Shown here piece by piece: positions 54,481 to 64,000 of a DNA stretch of 64,000 nt. Made by a program: the position numbers and the translations under genes. A model generated the notes under the pieces. The model saw nothing but the letters and a program-made list of their open reading frames with translations, ran no database searches and was not told the DNA's origin. This DNA comes from Anolis carolinensis (Eukaryota). The stretch lies in assembly GCF_035594765.1 (NCBI RefSeq), contig NC_085844.1:39323923-39387922 (forward strand), in the 5' to 3' direction. The stretch's first letter is position 1; the number at the start of each line of letters is the position of its first letter.

Positions 54481-54481
54481 C

Positions 54482-54530
<49 letters not shown>
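54482..54530. repeat. (AAT)n microsatellite (LINE-tail derived; another at 59513-59557)
   Basis: Direct inspection. Confidence 0.95.
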
Positions 54531-54533
<3 letters not shown>

Positions 54534-54624
54534 CTTTATTTATACCCCGTCACCATCTCCCCAACGGGGATTTGGGGCAGCTTACATGGGGCCATGCCCA
54601 GAACAATACAACAATACAGAACAA

Positions 54625-56617
54625 TCTATATATATAAAAGAGTGATGGCATCACGGCAATTCACAAAACAACAAAAGTACAGGCCCCCCAACCTCAAAAT
54701 TTGACAACACAACCCATCATCCACGCCTCAAGGTTGATACAACAAAAAGAAAAGAAAAATAAAGTCCTAATTAGAGGGAGAGCAATATTTTTTTTATCCA
54801 ATTGCTGCCAGTTTAGAGGGCTAATCTCTGCCCACTTGGTCGCCTAGCAACCAGCCAAGGGACAGCCAGGTTTCAGTTAGGGGACAGGCAGATTTAGGCC
54901 TCACTTAGACTTCTTCCACAGATTATCTAATTTGCACTGGGTTATATGGCAGTGTAGACTCAAGGCCCTTCCACACAGCTATATAACCCATTTAGAATCT
55001 TATATTATCTGCTTTGCACTGATTATCTTGACTCCGCACTACCATATAATCCACTTCAGTGTGCATTTTATACAGCTGTGAAGAAGGGGCCTCATATAAT
55101 CCAGTTCTAAGCAGATAATATAAGATTATCAATATACAGTAGAGTCTCACTTATCCAACGTAAACAGGCCGGCAGGATAAGTGAATATGTTGGATAATAA
55201 GAAGGGATTCAGGAAAAGCCAATTAAACATCAAATTAGGTAATCGTTATACAAATTAAGCACCAAAACATCATATTATACAACAAATTTGACAGAAAAAG
55301 TAGTTCCATGCGCAGTAATGCTATGTAGTATTTACAGTAGAGTCTCACTTATCCAACACTCGCTTATCCAATGTTCTGGATTATCCAACGCATTTTTGTA
55401 GTCAATGCTTTCAATATATCGTGATATTTTGGTGCTAAATTCATAAATACAGTAATTATAGCATTACTGTGTACTGAACTACTTTTTCTGACAAATTTGT
55501 TGTCTAACATGATGTTTTGGTGCTTAATTTGTAAAATCATAACTTAATTTGATGTTTAATAGGGTTATCCTTAATTCCTCATTATCCAACATATTCGCTT
55601 ATCCAACGTTCTGCCAGCCCGTTTATGTTGGATAAGTGAGACTCTACTGTACTGTATTTACAAATTTACCACTAAAATATCACAATGAATTTAAAACACT
55701 GACTACAAAAAACATTGATTATGAAAAGGCAGACTGCGTTGGATAATCCAGAACATTGTATAAGCGAATGTTGGATAAGTGAGATTCTTCTTTAATATGA
55801 AATAATTACTGGGATAGAATAATGCAGAACAATATAATCTCTAAAACCAGGACAGTAAATAAACAGGGGAATTCCACACAGGAAACAATCAGGGCCAGCT
55901 AACACCTCCCAACAAAGTATTCCCATCATCAAAGTCTGGCAAATCCTCTGTTTTCTCAGGGCCACAGACAGTAGAAGCACATAAAATATCGCAAACAACA
56001 TCACTCTGAAAACAAGGGAATTCCAGACAGGAAACAATCAGGGCCAGCTAACACCTCCCAACAAAAAAATCACTCAGGGAGGAAACAGCCAGGCTTTAAA
56101 GCTGAAAGGCCATTACATCCTAATCATTTTTCCTAATTGCAGCATTCATACTTGTCTCCAACAGAAAAAAAAAACAATCAGAAATATTGTATATTCACAA
56201 GCTTTAAGAAATAATATCCCCTGATGGCGCAGCGTGTTAAAGCGCTGAGCTGCTGAACTTCTGGACCGAAAGGCCACAGGTTTGAACTGGGGGAGCGGAG
56301 AGAGCCCCCACTGTTAGCCCCAGCTTCTGCCAACCCAGAGGTTCAAAAACATGCAAATGTGAGTGCATCAATAGGTACTACTCTGGCGGGAACGCCGCTC
56401 CATGCAGTCATCCCACATGACCTTGGAGGAGTCTACGGACAACGCCGGCTCTTCGGCTTAGAAATGGAGATGAGCACCAACCTCCAGAGTCAGACATGAC
56501 TGGACTTAACGTCAGGGGAAAATGTTTACCTTTACCTTAACTACCACCAATTCCTCAATACTTTATTTCCCATACCACCAGACTTTGCCACAGCAACGCG
56601 TGGCCGGGCACAGCTAG
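54625..56617 (+). mobile_element. Non-autonomous Helitron, copy 2
   Basis: Same termini and internal order as 770..2776; A|T insertion in an ACAAT-rich tract; different flanks. Confidence 0.9.
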
Positions 56618-56834
56618 TACAATATAACAAAATATAAAAACAACACATCATAACGCAATTGAACAATACAATAGATAATAATATACATTACAGCACAAAA
56701 TCAGAAAAGCAATAAAAACAAAAAATAAAAACAAGGGCGGGCCACATGAACACTAAGTTAAAACTCGGGGTGAGAAAGAAGTAAGAATAAAAACCACAGG
56801 GAACAGGGTCATAAGATAGTGGTACAGTCTAGAG

Positions 56835-57533
56835 CAGGGGTTCCCAAACTAAGGCCCGGGGGCCAGATGCGGCCCTCCATGTCATTTATCTGGCCCCCGC
56901 CCTCAGTTTTAGACTAAGTCTGAAATGACTTGAAGGCACACAAAAACAACAACAATCCTAATTAACTTGACTATCTCATCAGCAAGAAGCAGGCCCACAC
57001 TTCCCATTGACATCCTGGTAGGTTTATGTTGGTTAAAATTGTTCTTATTTTTAAATACAGTAGAGTCTCACTTATCCAACACTCGCTTATCCAACGTTCT
57101 GGATTATCCAACGCATTTTTGTAGTCAATGTTTTCAATATATCATGATATTTTGGTGATAAATTCGTAAATACAGTAGTTACTACATAGCATTACTGTGT
57201 ATTGAACTACTTTTTCAGTCAAATTTGTTGTATAACATGATGTTTTGGTGCTTAATTTGTAAGATCATAACCTAATTTAATGTTTAATAGGCTTTTCCTT
57301 AATCTCTCCTTATTATCCAACATATTCGCTTATCCAACGTTCTGCCGGCCCGTTTACGTTGGATAAGCGAGACTCTACTGTATTGTATTGTTCTTTCATA
57401 GTTTTTTTGCAGTACAAATAAGATGTGCAGTGTGCGTAGGAATTTGGTTTTTTTTTTCAAACTATAGTCCGGCCCCCCAACACTCTGAGGGACCATGGAC
57501 TGGCCCTCTGCTTTAAAAGTTTGAGGACCCCTG
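56835..57533. mobile_element. hAT non-autonomous element containing a nested Tc1/mariner MITE (57058..57380)
   Basis: CAGGGG...CCCCTG TIRs; perfect 8-bp TSD GTCTAGAG. Confidence 0.9.
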
Positions 57534-58199
57534 GTCTAGAGGATAGATTATTGGAGGGGTGCAACAAAAAAGAGGTATATGACAGTTACTCTCCAACACC
57601 TATCATTGAATAAATCCTGTCAACATGGTGTCAAACTGCATTAAATTTACAGTGTAGATACACCCAAAGTTTGAGTACAACAGAAAACAAAAGTCAATTT
57701 GGAAGTGTTTCAGATTTTGGGATTCTGGCTAAGGGATGCCCAAACTATTTTTAAAGGTCTGAAGGGTTCATCTACACCAGGCATGGACAAACTTGAGCCC
57801 TCCAAGTGTTTTGGACTTCAACTCCCACAATTCGTAACAGCCTATCAGCTGTTGGGAATTGTGGGAGTTGAAGTCCAAAACACCTGGAGGGCCCAAGTTT
57901 GCCCATGCCTGATCTACACAGTAGAATTAATGCAGTTTAGTATCACTTTTAACTGCCAGGGCTCAATGCTATGGAATCCTGGGAGTTGTAGTTTAATCCT
58001 CACTGTCAAATAGTACTGGTACCTCACCAGGCTAGAGACAGCCCCACAGCATTGAGCCATGGCAGTTAAAATGGTGACAAACAGCCTCAATCCTACAATG
58101 TAGTCACCTTGAGCATCAGTTTGACAGGCGCATATATATTTTAGGAAGGAGCAGAGAAGCAAAGGAGGAGGAGGAAGGGGAAAAAAGTTCCTTGCAAAG

Positions 58200-58480
58200 G
58201 AAAGAAAGGCGGCGTTAAGTCACAATCACAGGATTCCGATTGGAAGCTTCTACCTGGAGCCTGCCGCGGCAGCTCTCCCATACGCATGCGTGGCTTCCCG
58301 GGGAATGGCCGGAGGGCCCACGTGACCAGGACGGGGGAAGGTGGGGGCCGACAGTGGAGGGAGCCGGCGCTCTTGCCGCCACCGCTTTGCGTCTCTCTCT
58401 CTCTCTCGTTCTCTTGAGTGCCTCTCTTGTGGCCCCGTCCGGCGGCGCAGAGAGGGGAGGGGGCGAGGAGGCGGATCCAT
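58200..58480 (+). promoter_or_regulatory. UBE2W CpG-island promoter
   Basis: Inverted CCAAT (about 58239-58243), NRF1-like palindrome ACGCATGCGT (58282-58291), TTCCCGGGGAA (58295-58305), USF/E-box CACGTGAC (58319-58326). Confidence 0.7.
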
Positions 58481-58481
58481 C

Positions 58482-58496
58482 ATGGCGTCTATGCAG
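58482..58496 (+). CDS. UBE2W: Ubiquitin-conjugating enzyme E2 W, coding exon 1 (MASMQ); the rest of the gene is apparently beyond the window
   Basis: ATCATGGCGTCTATGCAG|GTGAG in a CpG island; MASMQ is the UBE2W N-terminus; syntenic position downstream of ELOC, same strand. Confidence 0.85.
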
Positions 58497-59512
58497 GTGA
58501 GCAGCCTCCAGCGTCCTTTCGTCCCCAGGTGGCCCTTTGGGGTTGGGAGGAAACGCTGTGAGGGGAACTTCGCCTGACAGGAGGGGCCATCATCCCCCCT
58601 TTTGTCCCATTCTTGGTCTCTTCCTCCTCGAGGCGGATGAGGTGGACGGTCCCACTTTGCCCTGTTTGGGAGGGGGGAGAGAAATCGCTTAGAGAACCCC
58701 AGCTAACCCCTTCCTCTCCCCCTCCCCCCCCCCCCCCCCCCCAGCTGCTCCTTTTTGGTCCCTTCCTCCTTCAAGCAGATGAGGCGGACGGTCCCAGTTT
58801 GCCCTGCTTTGGGGGGAGGGGGGCTGTCCAGGTGGAGCGGGGAGAACAGGTGCTGCCTTTGGGAAGGGCCTGCTGGGCTCACTCTTGGGCTGTGACAGAT
58901 CCCTTCCTCGCCTCTCCTTCGCGATGGGCGTTTTCTCTCCACAGTGTCGGGCTTTTAGGAAAGGAGGAAAGTGAGAGTTTGGGTTTAAAGGACGAGGCGG
59001 AAGCGGGCTCACTCCCAACCAAGCCAGGAAGTGTGGAAAGTCATCTCGGCGTCCTTCTCCTCCCATTCTTTCAATACATTAGTCACTGTACTGTATATTT
59101 TCTTCGAGTAGGAGTGGCACCAGCACCGCCAAGGACCAACCTTTTTCGCTTGGGTTTGTTCTTACCAGCTGCTTCTGGTCTTCTAGTGCTTTTAAGCCAT
59201 TTGAGGTGACAATGTTGGTTAACAGTGGCATCTTAAACCATTTCAGGCAGGCAGGGGCAAACTTGGGCCCTCCAGGTGTTTTGGACTTCAACTCCCACAA
59301 TTCCTAACAGCCGGTAGGCTGTTAGGAATTTTGGAAGTTGAAGTCCAAAATACCTGGAGGGCTGAAGTTTGCCCCTGCCTGCCTGAAATGGTTTAAGAAG
59401 CCATTGTTTACTTACGATATGGCAAGGACCAAGTACTTGTGCTTACAAGGCACATCTAACCCTGTAGATTTAGTGCGTTTTGACACCACATTTACCTGCC
59501 GTGGCTCGGTGC

Positions 59513-59558
<46 letters not shown>

Positions 59559-60759
59559 TGGACTCATCCTGTTGTGTTTCAAATAATAATAATAACTTAA
59601 TTTTTATACCCTGCCACCATCTCCCCAAAGGGACTCGGCATGGCTTACATATGGAATAGAAAGTCCAACAGACTTAAAAGCAAACAGCAAACACTCCATT
59701 AAAACAAGATCACCCTTAAAATAAAATAAGAACATCGTAAAATACAACAGTCCATATAAACACAATTAAACATAAGAGAAAAAACAGCATTGAGGCTCCA
59801 TCAGACTGTTCAGTGAAAACCAATGACCATAATTACAAAAATGGCTGTGACCAGGCTATAAAAGGATCAGGTATGAGATAGTGCAAAACAACGTAGGATA
59901 CGGCCGGGGAAATCAATGAGGTGCAGAGAACAGAGTACTGTATGGCAACCTAGGGGCTAGGCATTTATAACTAGAGCTATGGAATCCTGGTACTTGTAGT
60001 TTCCCAAGGTTTTGAGCCTCCCCTGCTAAAAGAGTGCTGGTACCCACACCAGTATACAGATCTTAGGGTTCCAAAGCCATGAGCCATATCGGGTAAAGTG
60101 GTGTGCCTGAATTCTTACAGTATAAATTGCCTACAGTAGACATGCACCCAAAATCTGAGTACAGGCAGTCGGAAACATCCAACTTTCAAATGACTCATAG
60201 TTAAGAACAAGGGTGAGACAACAGGAAATGAGACAAATCTACCCCTAGGAAGGGATATTCATTCCTGAAAGAGTTATCATGGGGAAAAGGTGCCTCCACT
60301 GAAGCTTTCGTGCCAATCCTTGTTTCCACAACAAGCAATTTTTTCAAATTCTGATTATTATAGGGATAGAAAGCAAGGTGAAATCTTCTGAACAGGGGCA
60401 CAGAAAGCAAAACAAACACTTCCCTATGCTATCCAAAGATATATATATATATATCTTTCGATAGCCTAGGGAATGGTTAACATATATTTTTATTGCTGGA
60501 GCTACACTTTAAAAAAGGACCTGTTCCAACTTACATACATATTCAACTTAAAAACAAACCTACAGAACTTACCTTGTTCATAATTTGGTGACTGCCTGTA
60601 CTGTCCATCATATAATTGACAGAATCAAGGGAATATTTGTGTACTTTTGTCATGCTTATAAACTATCCACTAATATCTGGTGGCAACTGTAGGGTTTGGA
60701 GATTGTGTATTGATTTTAAAGAAATTAATATTTTAGTTTCAAGGTCTTGTTCATAAGAC

Positions 60760-61460
60760 CTTACAGAAATTGGGATTGTTTTTGAAGACTGGAAGCTTCA
60801 AGTAGTCCATTGGTTAGCAGCCAGATTGCTAACTGGAGCAGCGTACAGGGAGCACACAACCCCTGCTACATCATCTCCACTGGCTGCCAGTCTGCTACCA
60901 AGCACAATTCAAAGTGCTGGTTTTTGGCCTCTAAAGCCCTGAACAATTCTGGCCCAGCTTACCTGTCCAAACACATCTCCCCCTAGGAACCAGGACAGAT
61001 GTTAAGATCTTCTGGGGAGGCCCTGGTCTTGGTCCCACTTCCTTCGCAGGTGTGGCTGGCAGGGACAAGAGAAAGGGTCTTGTCAGTGGTGTCCCCTCGA
61101 CTGTGGAGTTCCCTTCCTTGTGATCTGAGATCGGCCTCCTCCCTCCTGACATTTAGGAAACAAGTAAAATCCTGGCTTTGGAACCAGGTGTTTGGAAACT
61201 AGCCACAATGCAATAAACAGCTATGAATTAATGTGACTATAACCGGAATGGCTAATGAACTCTGAGTATGGACTAAGTGGTTGTTTTAACTGCTGTTTTA
61301 AATCCTGTTCTAATTGTATTTATATTGTTTAATATATTCATATTTTGTTATGTTCGTTTTTTGATGTGGCAGCAAATTGTGCTGAGTTGTAAGCCATTCT
61401 GAGTCTCCCTTGGGGTAAGATAGGGAAGGATAGAAATATGGTAAACAAATAAAAAAATTA
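60760..61460 (+). mobile_element. L2-clade LINE 3' fragment
   Basis: AARLLTGAAYREHTTP / LHWLPV...QFKVL remnants; 3' UTR ending in an A-rich tail. Confidence 0.75.
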
Positions 61461-62970
61461 ACTTCAGTACCAGAATTTGAGCCAATATGCTCATATCCCC
61501 CTCTCCCCAATGTCTTCTTGATTTGAGCATAGTCTGGAAATCAGAAATCACACAGAGAAAGAAAAAGAATGCCACTGTAATATAGTACCCATTTCCAGCC
61601 AGAAAAAGAGATTAAATTCAAATATTTCACAAAGCTTCATTTGGGTCAAAAGTTTAATCTGCATGTGAAATGAAAGGTCAGGGAACAGCAAACAATTCTA
61701 AGTGTCGTTTGCATGTGCTGCTGGATGATCCAACATTGTATTTGTGCCCATGGGTTACAGGGTGCATTTAAACTGTACAATTAGTGTAGTTTGACAGCAC
61801 TTTAAATGTCATGGCTCAGTGCTATGGAACCCTATGAGTTCCCAAGCCTTCTCTGCCAAAGATTGCTGGTGCCTCACCAAACTACAATTCCCCAGAGTCC
61901 AGAATGTCAAGACATGGTGGTTAAAGTGGTGTGAAACTGAGTAAATTCTACAATGTAAATGCATCTTCAGTTTGATTTTGACCGGCTGCCTCTGGTCTTC
62001 TAAGCCAGTGCTTCTTAAGTCATTTATCAGCACATTGTTTGCTTCCAATGTATCGGGCCAGCACTGTAAGTGTGCCCTTGAATTACAGAGTCTGCCTTTT
62101 TCTTGGTGTGTTTTTGACTTCGCCTCTGATCTTCTAAGCCAGTGCTTCTTAAGCCATTTAATGTGAAAGTGGGCACATCTACACTGTAGAATTAATATAA
62201 CAATGCTACTTTTAACTAGCATACCTCAATGCCATGGAATGCCAGTGGCATAGTGGATTAAAGCCTTGTGACTTGAAGGTTGGGATGCTGATCTGAAAGC
62301 TGCCAGGTTCGAATCTCACTCGGGGAGAGCGCGGATGAGCTCCCTCTATCCGCTCCAGCAGAAAAGACTAAAGACCTTGTGAAACTACAACACCTAGGAC
62401 CCCATAGCATTGAGCCATTACAGTTAATGTGGAGTCAAACTGACTTAATTCTAGTGTAAATTCATCCAATATTGATCAGCATTTGTTTACTTCCAGTGTG
62501 CCAAGTATTTTGTTCTTACATGCTGCTTCTGATTTTCTAAGCCAGTGTTTCTTAAACTATTTGATGTGTGTGAGAGTGAGTGTGTGACTATCAATTGTTT
62601 ATTTCAATGTGTCAGGAACCAGCATTACATTTGAGTCCATTGATTAAGTTGATTATTTCTTTCTTGGAAATTCTCCAGGGACTGGCAGTGCAGGTCCAAG
62701 GACCACTACTTTGCAAAGCACTATTTTAGACTAGGTGTGAGCAGACTTCATACTTCTGAGATTTGTACTTAGAAAAAAACCACAACAAGCCATTTTTTTT
62801 CAAAATCCGATTATCACAGGGACAGAAAGTGAGGTCAAATCTCATTGGAGTCAAGTTCAAAAGAGTGGGTGGTGAGAGAGACCTTGATTGGAGATGCAAA
62901 ATGAAGCTTATGGGGGTTTGGTCACTTTCTGACATTTATTGTACCACACAGTAGAAGACTACTTTATATA

Positions 62971-63415
62971 CAGTAGAGTCTCACTTATCCAATATAAACA
63001 ACGTTGAATAAGCGAAAATATTGGATAATAAGGAGGGATTAAGGAAAAGCCTATTAAATGTCAAATTACATAGATTTTACAAATTAAGCACCAAAAACAT
63101 CATGTATTACAACAAATCAACAGAAAAAGCAGTCCAAAGCACGGTAACATTATGTAGTAAGTACTGTATTTATGAATTTAGCATCAAAACATCGCAATAT
63201 ATTGAAAACATTAACTAAAACAATGGGCTACTAACAAATTGACTACAAATATATAATTGCATAAAATGAACATACAGTTCATTGTCGGAAATTAAATCCA
63301 TAAAAAGTTCAATCCTTGCTGCCTAGAGAAACAGCTGTGGATTGGGAAGGGAGGCAAATTGCGTTGGATAATCCAGAATGTTGGATAAGCGAATGTTGGA
63401 TAAGTGAGACTACTG
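62971..63415. mobile_element. Tc1/mariner-type MITE (longer variant)
   Basis: CAGTAGAGTCTCACTTATCC ... GGATAAGTGAGACTACTG; TA flanks. Confidence 0.8.
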
Positions 63416-64000
63416 TATTTGTTTGTGTCAGTCAGGGATTCTCAAACAACCTAACTTCTCTGATGTTGTTGACAAACCTTTATGGAAGATCTGCTGATCA
63501 GTCAGTTTTTGCAATGGGTAGATCATGCTTTACCTCCTGACACCCTTCTTCAGCTAAGAATGAGCTTTGAGCTGTCAAAATTTAACTCCTCACCTTGGCC
63601 AAATCTCACCTTGGTCTAACATCCTTGCAATTTGCTTCCCCTAATAATGTTCTATCAGAGAGAATGCTTGCATTTGTAGATTACGGTATTATGGGAATCA
63701 TATGTGAAGTGCTGTACTTTTGAAGGCATCTTAGGGGAAAAAACATGAGGGTGGTGGTGTTGATAGTGGTATAAATATGTCACAGATGTTAAAAGATAGG
63801 GTGCAGCCTAATACAAGTTAAACAGAAAAACAAATAGGAAAAATGGCCCAACCTAAGCAGCTTGTATGTGTTGTGATTAAATTTTCTGTAAGCTGCTCTC
63901 ACTTTATATAGGCAGCATACAAGTATTTTTATATTTATAAATGATTTAGCTATGTTCTGTAAGCATAATTATATCACATACATAAATATACATACCTAAT

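Noticed and set aside
58613-59209. 198-aa ORF and overlapping ORFs near the UBE2W island
   Set aside because: GC-rich intronic sequence with low stop density, non-ATG start, low complexity and no recognisable domain.
58497-64000. UBE2W exon 2 (expected KRLQKELLALQ...)
   Set aside because: Not found by eye within the window; intron 1 probably extends beyond 64000.

Overview
This is vertebrate genomic DNA, not prokaryotic. The repeat complement (Sauria SINEs, CR1, RTE/BovB, Penelope, Helitrons, hAT and Tc1/mariner MITEs) points to a squamate, most likely an anole-type lizard; that assignment is an inference. I assembled five spliced protein-coding genes by hand from GT-AG junctions and reading frame. 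(1) LY96/MD-2: minus strand, 5 exons, 158 aa, missed entirely by the ORF track. (2) TMEM70: minus, 3 exons, 239 aa. (3) HAUS3: minus, 4 coding exons, 602 aa. (4) ELOC/TCEB1: plus, 3 coding exons, 112 aa. (5) UBE2W: first coding exon only, plus. UBE2W-ELOC-TMEM70-LY96 is the conserved amniote block (human 8q21). An intact, intron-containing HAUS3 sits between TMEM70 and ELOC; in mammals this gene overlaps POLN on another chromosome. Other highlights: an MD-2 that has lost the cationic/aromatic lipid-A loop residues; five Penelope-derived hammerhead-ribozyme motifs (one in a 177-bp palindrome, four between the divergent HAUS3 and ELOC promoters); two near-identical 2-kb non-autonomous Helitrons built from captured TEs; a solo LTR with a perfect TSD inside a CR1; and several local duplications and fold-backs. 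Most ORFs in the supplied track are spurious or TE-derived. All identifications come from recalled sequence knowledge; no database search was run.
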